From: Octopus vulgaris
Taxonomy: Eukaryota
Length of the DNA: 64,000 nt
Reading direction: 5' to 3'
Assembly: GCA_951406725.2 (NCBI GenBank)
Contig: OX597843.1
Location: 5,456,001 to 5,520,000 of the forward strand
Shown piece by piece: positions 1 to 11,887 of the stretch. The translations under genes and the position numbers were made by a program. How positions within the stretch are numbered: position 1 is the first letter of the stretch; every line of letters starts with the position of its first letter. The notes below the pieces were generated by a model. It was not told the DNA's origin and did no database searches. It saw only the letters and a program-made list of their open reading frames with translations.

Positions 1-285
1 GCTCCACGAGGCTCCAGCAGGGGATGGTGGTGATCCCTGCTGTACTCTTTCACCACAACTTTCTCTCACTCTCACTCTTACTTCCTGTTTCTGTTGTACC
101 TGTATTTCAAAGGGCCGGCCTTGTCACTCTCTGTGTCACGCTGAATATCCCTGAGAACTACGTTAAGGGTGCATGTGTCTGTGGAGTGCTCAGCCACTTA
201 CACGTTAATTTCACGAGCAGGCTGTTCTGTTGATCGGATCAACCGGAACCCTCGTCGTCGTAACTGACGGAGTGCTTCCAACAAC
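1..285 (+). mobile_element. tRNA-derived SINE, 5' end cut by window edge
   Basis: 5' part matches the SINE bodies at 3087-3140 and 22970-23055; 3' part is the reverse complement of 4180-4350; ends in a short CAA tail. Confidence 0.7.
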
Positions 286-409
286 CATAGCAATTTTAAA
301 TCATTAATTTTTCATCAACATTAAACCTATTATAACTCGTTTTCCATTTGCTTCTATAGAATGATGTACTGTATCACATAATGTCTTTGCAGGTCATATA
401 TAATAATAA

Positions 410-748
410 TAATGAAATTATTGTATACAGTGCTCAGGTGCACCACAACTTGTCAGAAAGTGCATATAAAGTACATGCAGTAATGTAGAAATGTCCGGAA
501 AGCGAACAATGTATGAGTCAGATACATGCTTGTGTGTGTATGGAGGGGAGAAAATCAAGTGTAGTGTTGGCGAATGTCAGGAAGCATGGAAGTTTTGAAG
601 GATGCAGTGCTCTAACAACTGATGCCGGCAGTTTGTTCCATGCTTCAGCAACTCTCAGCGTGAAAAAATGTTTCCTGAAGTCATGGAAGGAGCTGTGCTG
701 TTTTCTGACTTTGTAAATATGTCCACGGGTGTTAGACAGGTGGAGTTA
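410..748 (-). mobile_element. CR1-clade LINE 3' end fragment
   Basis: Minus strand reads SNTRGHIYKVRKQH...RKHFFTLRVAEAWNKLPASVV, the typical CR1 ORF2 C-terminus, followed by a 3' UTR. Same family as 14150-15275 and 25448-26238. Confidence 0.8.
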
Positions 749-794
749 GCTTACGAGATATGGTTTTGTGATGAAGAAGATAGGCAGTTAGCTA

Positions 795-825
<31 letters not shown>

Positions 826-1045
826 GTAGCCAGTGTAAGCTATGGACACATAAGAGGTGCAGCAATATCAGAGGAAGGTTAACAGGGATGACTATTTTTG
901 TGTGTGGAAGGTGTACAGGTACAGTAAACACCAAAAACGTACATAAAATATTTCATCAAGACTATTGAAAAGGTTGCAAGATGCAACGAAAATTTTAGGA
1001 AAATAAAAATAAGAAAAACGTGGAAAATTTACTGGTGAGTGTGTG

Positions 1046-1275
1046 TTAACCCTTTAGCATTTAGACCGGCCATATCCGGCCCAAAGTATTCTGCCTGTTT
1101 TATGTTCAAACTGGCCATATCTGATCTCTCACACCAACCCTACAATATCATTTTAAAAATTAACAGCTACCTCATCAAAATCTCATAGCTACAAGATTAA
1201 TGAATGATTAGTTCAAGGCAATGTGGATAAAAAGGGATTAATTTTGGCAGAATAATGCGAACACTAAAGGGTTAA
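1046..1275. mobile_element. piggyBac-type MITE
   Basis: TTAA-CCCTTTAG...CTAAAGGG-TTAA termini (TTAA TSD, CCC/GGG ends); inverted family member at 61832-62060. Confidence 0.8.
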
Positions 1276-1440
1276 ATTATAAGGCACAAAAAGAGAATGA
1301 CTCTCCCCAGACACAACAGTACATAAAATAGATTCAATCACATGTCAGAATGGAAAACTAGAAGTAGTTGATGGCTTCTGTTACCTAAATGAGCAAGTCA
1401 GTAGCAGGGGTGGATGGTCTGAGAGCGTAGCTGCTGGAAT

Positions 1441-2335
1441 AAGAATAAGCTGGGCTAAGTTCAGAGAGCTCCTACTTCTGCTGGTAACAAAGGGCCTCTT
1501 GCTCAAGAATAGGCTGGGCTAAGTTCAGAGAGCTCCTACTTCTGCTGGTAACAAAGGGCCTCTTGCTCAAGAATAGGCTGGGCTAAGTTCAGAGAGCTCC
1601 TACTTCTGCTGGTAACAAAGGGCCTCTTGCTCAAGAATAGGCTGGGCTAAGTTCAGAGAGCTCCTACTTCTGCTGGTAACAAAGGGCCTCTTGCTCAAGA
1701 ATAGGCTGGGCTAAGTTCAGAGAGCTCCTACTTCTGCTGGTAACAAAGGGCCTCTTGCTCAAGAATAGGCTGGGCTAAGTTCAGAGAGCTCCTACTTCTG
1801 CTGGTAACAAAGGGCCTCTTGCTCAAGAATAGGCTGGGCTAAGTTCAGAGAGCTCCTACTTCTGCTGGTAACAAAGGGCCTCTTGCTCAAGAATAGGCTG
1901 GGCTAAGTTCAGAGAGCTCCTACTTCTGCTGGTAACAAAGGGCCTCTTGCTCAAGAATAGGCTGGGCTAAGTTCAGAGAGCTCCTACTTCTGCTGGTAAC
2001 AAAGGGCCTCTTGCTCAAGAATAGGCTGGGCTAAGTTCAGAGAGCTCCTACTTCTGCTGGTAACAAAGGGCCTCTTGCTCAAGAATAGGCTGGGCTAAGT
2101 TCAGAGAGCTCCTACTTCTGCTGGTAACAAAGGGCCTCTTGCTCAAGAATAGGCTGGGCTAAGTTCAGAGAGCTCCTACTTCTGCTGGTAACAAAGGGCC
2201 TCTTGCTCAAGAATAGGCTGGGCTAAGTTCAGAGGCTCCTACTTCTGCTGGTAACAAAGGGCCTCTTACTCAAGAATAGGCTGGGCTAAGTTCAGAGAGC
2301 TCCTACTTCTGCTGGTAACAAAGGGCCCCTTGTTC
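1441..2335 (+). repeat. 64-bp tandem repeat, about 14 copies, derived from RTE coding sequence
   Basis: Unit AAGAATAGGCTGGGCTAAGTTCAGAGAGCTCC...GGGCCTCTTGCTC recurs at 1441, 1505 and onward; copies nearly identical. Confidence 0.95.
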
Positions 2336-2767
2336 AGAGTGAAAGGGAGACTGTATGATGTTTGTCTGTGAACAGCCATGCTACAGCAGTGAAACATGGG
2401 CTGTGACTGCTGAGGACATGCATAGGCTTGAAAGAAATGAAACCAGTGTGCTTTGCTGGATGTGTAGTGTCAGTGTGCATGCAGGACAGAGTGTAAGCAT
2501 CCTGAGAGAAAAGTTGGACATAGGAAGCATCAGATGCGGTGTGCAAGAGAGGCGACTGCACTGGTATGGTCATGTGATGTGTATGGATGAGGGCAGCTGC
2601 GTGAAGAAGTGTCACGCTCTAATTGTGGAAGGAACTTGTGGAAAAGGTTAGACCCAGGAAGACTTGTGGAGGCACATGGCCTAGTGGTTAGAGCAGCGGA
2701 CTTGCAGTCGAGGGATCGCTGGTGTCGGTGGTGGTGGAGGAGGAAGAGTATGTAAAAACTAATTAGA

Positions 2768-3601
2768 TATTTTCCTTCACCAACCAGTCAACAATATTCT
2801 ACATTTTCACTTAGTGATTCTCGCATCTCTTCAGCAATCCCAGCTGGGCTGTCACTTCAGGGATTAAGAGATCATAATACAATAGAATCACATCCAGAAT
2901 TTTCCAGAAAAATAAAAATAAAAACATCTTTTGTTATTGAATATTATTGCAAATTAAAAAAAAATTTTTTTATACATAGAGGTGCAATGGCCTAGTGGTT
3001 AGGGCAGCGGACTCGCGGTCGCAGGATCGCGGTTTCGATTCTCAGACCGGGCGTTGTGTGTGTTTATTGAGCGAAAACACCTAAAAGCTCTACGAGGCTC
3101 CGGCAGGGGGTGGTGATCCCTGCTGTACTCTTTCACCACAATGGCGGTGCCCCAGCATGGCCACAGCTCAAGAGCTGAAACTGGAAAAACAAACAAACAA
3201 ACAATATTTATTTAACATTCTATCTTTGAAAGCTTTCTTACCAAATCATCATCATCATCATCATCATCGTTTAACGTCCGTTTTCCGCGCCAGCACGGGT
3301 CAGACCCCGGTCGAACCGTCCAACCCGTGCTAGCGCAGAAAACGGACGTTAAACGATGATGATGATGATGATGATTTGGTAAGAAAGCTTTCAAAGATAG
3401 AATGTTAAATAAATATGTATAAAAAAATTTGCAATAATATTCAATAACAAAAGATGGTTTTTAAAAATTTTTCTGGAAAATTCTGGGTGTGATTCTATCT
3501 CTTGATCCCTGAAGTGACAGCCCAGCTGGGATTGCTGAAGAGATGCAAGAATCACTAAGTGAAAATGTAGAATATTGTCGACTGGTTGGTGAAGGAAAAT
3601 A
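2768..3601. repeat. Long inverted repeat (palindrome) centred near 3310
   Basis: 2768-2978 plus 3205-3300 is the reverse complement of 3323-3601; loop about 22 nt; a SINE head is inserted in the left arm only (about 2979-3204). Confidence 0.9.
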
Positions 3602-3742
3602 GAATTATAGTCTTTGCATGACATTAACACTAACTTCACCACCATATCAGTCTGAGAGGGACCAATAATGGTTAGGAACAGAACCCCTTCTTCTACGTTT
3701 TATGACTATTGAAAATCATTGTCAGTTCCATTTCTGATACAG

Positions 3743-4028
3743 ATTGAAAAGAATGGAAAACACATCCATTCTGTTGATGCAAAGAATGTGAAACTCTCTA
3801 ATTGGTTGCGATATGTAAACTGTGCAAGGACCGACGAAGAACAGAATTTAACTGCTGTTCAGAAAAATGGTAATATTTACTATAGAACATTAAGAAACAT
3901 TGATCCTGGTGAAGAATTACTTGTTTGGTATGGAGAGGAATATGCCAAATATCTTGGTATCTCACAAGGTGGACAACTGAAAGCAAAGACTGTTGGAGCA
4001 AAATTATCAGAAACAATCAGTTCAGCAG
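3743..4028 (+). CDS. PRDM-family (PRDM9/7-like) gene: exon encoding the C-terminal half of the PR/SET domain
   Basis: AG|ATT acceptor and G|GTAAAA donor. Encodes SNWLRYVNCARTDEEQNLTAVQKNGNIYYRTLRNIDPGEELLVWYGEEYAKYLGI, which closely resembles the PRDM9 PR/SET motif NWMRYVNCARDDEEQNL...FYRT...ELLVWYGDEY. Upstream exons not seen in the window. Confidence 0.9.
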
Positions 4029-4179
4029 GTAAAAATCTCTCACTTATAATTTACTTTCTCTTTCTCTCTCTCTCTTCATTTAGTCATCATCATCATCACC
4101 AACATCAGTACCACTTCTATTGCTGCCAACAGTCTCTCTCTCTCTCTCTCTTTCTTCCCTTAGAAGCAACAGATGTATA

Positions 4180-4506
4180 GGAGCACTCCGTCGGTTGCGA
4201 CGACGAGGGTCCCACCTGATCCGATCAACGGAACAGCCTGCTCGCGAAATTAGCATCCAAGTGGCTGAGTACTCCACAGACATGTGTACCCTTAACGTAG
4301 TTCTCAGGGAAATTCAGCAGGACACAAACTGTGACAAGGTTGGCCCCATTTGTATTACAGGTACAACTCATTTTTGCCAGCTGAGTGGACTGGAGCAACG
4401 TGAAGTAAAGTGTCTTGCTCAAGGACTCAACGCATCGCTGGGAATCGAACTCACGACCTTACAATCGCGAGCCAAATGCCCTAACCACTAAGCCACGTGC
4501 CTTCAC
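4180..4506 (-). mobile_element. tRNA-derived SINE, full length
   Basis: Minus strand starts with an A/B-box tRNA-like head (GTGGCTTAGTGGTTAGGG...GAGTTCGATTCCC); 3' tail shared with the element at 1-285. Confidence 0.75.
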
Positions 4507-4634
4507 CAACAGATGTAGATATCTATATAATTAGATGCGACATGCAACAGTATTAGTAGAAGATGATCTGCAGATGGGGAACTAGGGGGCATCCATTAAG
4601 GACTCAGATGGAGTTTTGCTGAAATAAGGTTTCC

Positions 4635-4765
<131 letters not shown>

Positions 4766-4769
4766 GTGT

Positions 4770-5269
<500 letters not shown>

Positions 5270-5652
5270 ATGATAGAAAGGGTAAGATAACAAAAGAAAG
5301 AAAGAGACCTCGTTATTATGTAAATAGAGGAATTTATCTGTAATTGTAATATGTGACAATTATTCGGTAGCCAAGATAAAACTCTGAGTTTCGGATGCTG
5401 AGGTGGAAAAAAAGTCAAGGGTTGTCCATACTGCAGATGTCAGATGTGCTACCGTTACACCAAAGCAAACCTTAGAATTTTCTCCATCTAATTAAGAAGC
5501 TTTGTTCTTAACACCAAGAATTTGTCATCCAAGGAGTTTTCTCACCCAATATTCTCTATGATTCCATTAACAAAGATGTATTTATGTATGTGAGTGCATT
5601 TATTTGTATTTAAAAACATGTCTTTCTCAGTCATGTTTCTTTATATTTACAG

Positions 5653-8600
5653 GTAACTGCCGTTCTTCAATTTCACGGAATGGTAAATTTCCTGGCAGTA
5701 CCAAAGTGTTTGAAGACTCGAAGCAACATAGAATTAATTTGTCACGAAAAAATAATAAAATACAAACACAATTTATTAAGAGTGACACAAACTGTATAGG
5801 GGATCATTTATTGAATTGCAGTAATGGGAATTCCAAAGAGAAACCATTCCGGTGTGAGGACTGTGGAAAGACATTCTCTAATTCTTGTATATTCAAAAAA
5901 CACAAGAAAATACATTCCGGAAAGAAAGCATTCCAGAGTAAGGATTTCGGAAAGAAATTTTCTGACTCAAGTATATTCAAAGAACACAAGAAAATACATT
6001 CCGGAAAGAAAGCATTCCAGAGTAAGGATTTCGGAAAGAAATTCACTGATTCTAGTGACTTAAGTAAACAAGTGAGAACAGACATTGGAGACAAACCATT
6101 CCAAGGTAAGAAACGTGGTAAGTCACTCCGTCATTCCGGTGCCTTAAAAATATGTGAGCGAAGACAAACTGGAAAGAAACCATGGAAGAAACAGTGGAAG
6201 ACAGTCTCTCATTTTGGTGATTTCAAAAGACATGAGAGAATACAAAATGGAGAGAAACCATTCCAAGGTAAAAAACAGAAGACATTCTGTCTTTCTGGTG
6301 ATTTCAAAAGACGTGAGCGAAGACAAACTGGAAAGAAACCAATTTGTTCTGAAAAATGTGAGGAGTCATTCTGTGATTCTGATGCCTTAAAAACGCAAAA
6401 GAGAAGAAATATTGAAGAGAAACGATTCCAAGGTAAGAAAGAGAGGAAGACATTCTCTCATTTTGGTGATTTCAAAGGACGTGAGCCAAGACAAAATGGA
6501 GAGAAACCAATTTGTTCTGAAAAATGTGATAAGCCATTCCGTCATTCTAGTGCCTTAAAAATATGTGAGCAAAGACAAATCGGAAAGAAACCATTCCAAG
6601 GTAAGAAGCAGAGGAAGACATTCTGTCTTTCTGGTGACTTCAAAAGACGTGAGCGAAGACAAACTGGAAAGAAACCAATTTGTTCTGAAAAATGTGAGGA
6701 GTCATTCTGTGATTCTGATGCCTTAAAAACGCAAAAGAGAAGAAATATTGGAGAGAAACCATTCCAAGGTAAGAAACAGAGGAAGACACTCTCTCATTTT
6801 GGTGATTTCAAAAGACATGAGCAAAGACAAAATGGAGAGAAACCAATTCGTTCTGAAAAATGTGAGGAGTCATTCTGTGATTCTGATCCCTTAAAAACGC
6901 AAAAGAGAATAAATATTGAAGAGAAACCATTCCAATGTAAGAAAGAGAGGAAGACACTCTCTCATTTTGGTGATTTCAAAAGACGTGAGCCAAGACAAAA
7001 TGGAGAGAAACCAATTCGTTCTGAAAAATGTGAGGAGTCATTCTGTGATTCTGATGCCTTAAAAACGCAAAAGAGAAGAAATATTGGAGAGAAACCATTC
7101 CAAGGTAAGAAAGAGAGGAAGACACTCTCTCATTTTGGTGATTTCAAAAGACGTGAGCCAAGACAAAATGGAGAGAAACCAATTCGTTCTGAAAAATGTG
7201 AGGAGTCATTCTGTGATTCTGATCCCTTAAAAACGCAAAAGAGAATAAATATTGAAGAGAAACCATTCCAATGTAAGAAAGAGAGGAAGACACTCTCTCA
7301 TTTTGGTGATTTCAAAAGACGTGAGCCAAGACAAAATGGAGAGAAACCAATTCGTTCTGAAAAATGTGAGGAGTCATTCTGTGATTCTGATGCCTTAAAA
7401 ACGCAAAAGAGAAGAAATATTGGAGAGAAACCATTCCAAGGTAAGAAACAGAGGAAGACACTCTCTCATTTTGGTGATTTCAAAAGACGTGAGCCAAGAC
7501 AAAATGGAGAGAAACCAATTCGTTCTGAAAAATGTGAGGAGTCATTCTGTGATTCTGATGCCTTAAAAACGCAAAAGAGAAGAAATATTGGAGAGAAACC
7601 ATTCCAAGGTAAGAAAGAGAGGAAGACACTCTCTCATTTTGGTGATTTCAAAAGACGTGAGCCAAGACAAAATGGAGAGAAACCAATTCGTTCTGAAAAA
7701 TGTGAGGAGTCATTCTGTGATTCTGATCCCTTAAAAACGCAAAAGAGAATAAATATTGGAGAGAAACGATTCCAAGGTAAGAAAGAGAGGAAGACACTCT
7801 CTCATTTTGGTGATTTCAAAAGACGTGAGCAAAGACAAAATGGAGAGAAACCAATTCGTTCTGAAAAATGTGAGGAGTCATTCTGTGATTCTGATCCCTT
7901 AAAAACGCAAAAGAGAATAAATATTGGAGAGAAACGATTCCAAGGTAAGAAAGAGGAAGACACTCTCTCATTTTGGTGATTTCAAAAGACGTGAGCCAAG
8001 ACAAAATGGAGAGAAACCAATTCGTTCTGAAAAATGTGAGGAGTCATTCTGTGATTCTGATGCCTTAAAAACGCAAAAGAGAATAAATATTGGAGAGAAA
8101 CCATTCCAAGGTAAGAAAGAGAGGAAGACACTCTCTCATTTTGGTGATTTCAAAAGACGTGAGCCAAGACAAAATGGAGAGAAACCAATTCGTTCTGAAA
8201 AATGTGAGGAGTCATTCTGTGATTCTGATCCCTTAAAAACGCAAAAGAGAATAAATATTGGAGAGAAACGATTCCAAGGTAAGAAACAGAGGAAGACACT
8301 CTCTCATTTTGGTGATTTCAAAAGACATGAGCAAAGACAAAATGGAGAGAAACCAATTCGTTCTGAAAAATGTGAGGAGTCATTCTGTGATTCTGATCCC
8401 TTAAAAACGCAAAAGAGAATAAATATTGAAGAGAAACCATTCCAATGTAAGAAAGAGAGGAAGACACTCTCTCATTTTGGTGATTTCAAAAGACGTGAGC
8501 CAAGACAAAATGGAGAGAAACCAATTCGTTCTGAAAAATGTGAGGAGTCATTCTGTGATTCTGATCCCTTAAAAACGCAAAAGAGAATAAATATTGGAGA

Positions 8601-9288
8601 GAAACGATTCCAAGGTAAGAAACAGAGGAAGACACTCTCTCATTTTGGTGATTTCAAAAGACGTGAGCCAAGACAAAATGGAGAGAAACCAATTCGTTCT
8701 GAAAAATGTGAGGAGTCATTCTGTGATTCTGATGCCTTAAAAACGCAAAAGAGAAGAAATATTGGAGAGAAACCATTCCAATGTAAAAAGTGTGAGAAGT
8801 CATTCTGTCATTCTGGTGATTTCAAAAGACATCAAAGAATCCACTCTAGAAAGAAACCGTTTGAGTGTAAGGAATGTAAGATGTCGTTCAGTCAGTTTGG
8901 GAACTTAAACAGACACAAGAAGATACATTCTGGAGAGAAACCGTTTGGTTGTAAGAAGTGTGGCAAGAGATTTTCTCAGTCCACGAATTTAATAAGGCAC
9001 CAAAGGACCCATAGCGGAGAGAAACCCTTTCAGTGTAAGGAATGTGAGAAGAAATTCTCTGACTCGACAAACTTAAATAAACATCGAAGGATCCACTCTG
9101 GAGAGAAACCATTCCGGTGTAAGAAGTGTGGAAAGGCTTTCTCGCAGTCTGTTAACTTAGCAGTTCATCAAAGAGTCCACACGGGCGAGAAGCCATATCA
9201 GTGCAAGAAGTGTGGGAAGGAGTTCGTTCAGTCTGGGCACTTAACGACACATACCAAAGTACATAGTAAAAAGAAACCATGGCAATGA
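5653..9288 (+). CDS. PRDM9/7-like gene terminal exon: 1 intact C2H2 finger, long degenerate finger array, 6 intact C2H2 fingers; 2-bp frameshift near 7952
   Basis: Phase-1 acceptor ACAG|GT matches the 4028 donor. CEDCGKTF...HKKIH finger near the start; six CxxC-x12-HxxxH fingers with GEKP-type linkers at about 8775-9265; stop TGA at 9286-9288. One repeat has AAGAAAGAGG instead of AAGAAAGAGAGG, splitting the frame into ORFs 5604-7979 and 7924-9288. Confidence 0.85.
6250..8780 (+). repeat. Coding minisatellite, 168-bp unit (two degenerate zinc fingers), about 15 copies
   Basis: Marker TGTGAGGAGTCATTCTGTGATTCTGAT at 6357, (6525 variant), 6693, 6861, 7029, 7197, 7365, 7533, 7701, 7869, 8035, 8203, 8371, 8539, 8707. 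Confidence 0.95.
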
Positions 9289-9879
9289 AAGGGATTTTAA
9301 TTCATCATCATCATCGTTTAGTGTCCACTTTCCATGCTGGCATGGGTTGGACGGTTCGACTGGGGTCTGGGAAACCAGGAGGCTGCACCAGGCCCCAGTC
9401 GGACACTTAATGACACATACCAAAGTACATACTAAAAAGAAACCATGGCAATGAAAGGAATATTAATTCATCATCATCATCATCATTTAACGTCCGCTTT
9501 CCATGCTGGCATGGGTTGGACGATTTGACTGATGTCTAGCGAGCCAGACTCCAATCTGATCTGGCAGAGTTTCTACAGCTGGATGCTTTTACATGCCACC
9601 GGCACGGGGCCAGTCAGGTGGCACTGGCAACAACCTCGCTCGAATCTTTTACACGTGCCATCGGAGCGGGTGCCAGTAAGGCGATGCTAGTAACGATACA
9701 TCATCATCATCATCGTTTAGCATCCGCTTTCCATGCTAGCATGGGTTGGACGGTTCAACTGGGGTCTGGGAAGCCAGGAGGTTGCACCAGGCCCAGTCTG
9801 ATCTGGCAATGTTTCTACAGCTGGATGCCCTCCCTAAGGCCAACCACTGCGAGAGTGTAGTGGGTGCTTTTTACTATTA

Positions 9880-10553
9880 CTGTAAATCCTTGAGTATAAT
9901 CCGCATTTTTTCCCCAAAATTTAAAGGTCAAAATCCCTAGTGCGTACTATATATACGAGGTTAAAAATGAAAAATATTTTCTAAGCAATGTTCTAGTCTC
10001 TATTTGATGTCCGACAATATTTATTCTGACGCATTTTGTGACGTTGGGCGTGAAAATACCTTAAGCTAAGCCTGAAAGCAATGAAGTCATAAAAGAATCA
10101 TCCATAACTTGCAGTAAGCAACATTTATTAAAATAAAAGTATTCAGAACACAGAATAACATGTAACAATTTGAAAACATATTTACATTCCCATATAACAG
10201 TTAAGAACATCACCATTATTGTATTATGCATGCCTGGAAGTGTTTGTTCGACTAGGTGCTGCTGGCTTAATTACGCACAATTCAAGTTAGGGAAGGGGTG
10301 CGTATTATACACAAGGTTTAGGTTTTTCAGAGGTACAACCCCCTAAAAATCCCCTGCGTATACACGTTTGCATTATGTTATATATACAATAACAATAAAG
10401 GACGTTACCGTATACAGTTTTACAAACCAAGGACGTTATATAGACCTCCTTGACTCAAGTTAGAGAAGGGATGCGTATTATACATAAGGTTTAGGTTTTT
10501 CAGAGGTACAGCCCCCTAAAAATCCCCTGCGTATTATACTCAAGGATTTACGG
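9880..10553. mobile_element. Non-autonomous Tc1/mariner-superfamily DNA transposon
   Basis: TA|CTGTAAATCCTTGAGTATAAT...ATTATACTCAAGGATTTACGG|TA: 21-bp TIRs, TA TSD, internal subterminal duplication. Confidence 0.8.
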
Positions 10554-10950
10554 TATTTACTGTGATTGACCACATGAAATATAGTCAAAAAGTATTCACC
10601 CTTGGGCAAAAAAAAAAAAACAAGTAATATTAAAAAAATTCACCATTTTGATTTGTTGTTGTTGTTAGTTCCTTCTCGAGCCCCGCTTGGCTCATAAGGG
10701 CCGGTTTCGCAGTTGCCAATTCTGACAACAACAAAAATTCATAAAAAACCAAAAACAAACGAGGTAGTAGCTCCTCATTCTTTATTATAAAAATACAATC
10801 TTTATTTTGATATATATACACATATATATACATACACGTACAAAAGAAAAAGTCTTAACAAAGTATTAAAAAAAAGTAGTAAAAAAATTAATAAAATAAT
10901 AATAAAAAAAAATTTGGATTGTTATATTGTTGTTGTTGTTGTTGTTGTCT

Positions 10951-11042
10951 TCATTCTAGAAATTTCTTGTCCGATAATTCAGAAGGTAGGTATGACAGAG
11001 CAGGATTCCCGGGTGCATGGGGTACGTAACCTTTCCCATAGC
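10951..11042 (-). CDS. WRNIP1: WRNIP1 exon 8 (terminal)
   Basis: TTTTCTAG|GC TAT GGG AAA GGT TAC gives GYGKGYVPHAPGNPALSYLPSELSDKKFLE*, matching the MgsA/WRNIP1 C-terminal GYGKGY...YLP motif. Not in the ORF track. Minus-strand AATAAA at 10801-10806. Confidence 0.85.
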
Positions 11043-11267
11043 CTAGAAAAAAAAACACAAAATAAAATAAAATAAAGCACCATAAATATATGAGAAGATA
11101 TAAGCGTAGGAGTCACTGTGTGGTAAGTAGCTTGCGCTAACCAACCACATGGTCCTGGGTTCAGTCCCACTGCGTGGCACCTTGGGCAAGTGTCTTCTAC
11201 TATAGCCTCAGGCCAACCAAAGCCTTGTGAATGGAGTTGGTAGATAGAAACTGAAAGAAGCCTGTTG

Positions 11268-11306
<39 letters not shown>

Positions 11307-11468
11307 GCACAGGAGCAGCTGTGTGGTAAGTAGCTTGTTTACGAACCATATGGTTCCGGGTTCAGTCCCACTGCATGATACCTTGGGCAAGTATCTTCTA
11401 CTATAGCCTCGGGCCGACCAAAGCCTTGTGAGTGGATTTGGTAGACAGAAACTGAAAGAAGCCCGTTG

Positions 11469-11509
<41 letters not shown>

Positions 11510-11887
11510 ACATATATGGGGAAAGTTTACGAAAATAAACAAAAGACGAAGACAGGTGGTGTACAAAACAAACAGATGTATTAGTATAACGCTCGAGAAT
11601 TGAAAAAGTCTTTTACGTTTCAAGCCTATGCTCTTCTACAGAAAGAAACAAGGAGATATATGTATGTGTGTGTGTATATGTTTGTGTGTCTGTGTTTGTC
11701 CCACCAACATCACTTGACAACCGATGTTGGTGCGTTTACGTCCCCGTAACATAGCGGTTTGGCAAAAGAGACCGATAGAATAAGTACTAGGCTGACAAAG
11801 AATAAGTCCTAGGGTCGATTTGCTCGACTAAAGGCGATGCTCCAGCATGGCCACAGTCAAATGACTGAAACAAGTAAAACAGTATAA

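Larger units (their letters stand above)
824..2666 (+). mobile_element. Decayed RTE-clade LINE ORF fragment, interrupted by a MITE and an internal tandem array
   Basis: Pieces translate as CKLWTHKRCSNIRGRLTG, KLEVVDGFCYL, WAKFRELLLLLVTKGL, SETWAVTAEDMHRLERNE and RRLHWYGHV, all typical of the RTE post-RT region; contains stops and frameshifts. Confidence 0.8.

Noticed and set aside
1441-2335. Regular repeat arrays (also 12098-13785, 46863-48468, 56039-56930) as CRISPR arrays
   Set aside because: Head-to-tail units without unique spacers, derived from TEs or other interspersed repeats; no cas genes; eukaryotic context.
2978-3050. tRNA-like sequences (also 4435-4506, 22861-22935, 60200-60275) as tRNA genes
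   Set aside because: A/B boxes are present, but they are SINE heads that mostly run into SINE bodies and lack a clean cloverleaf.
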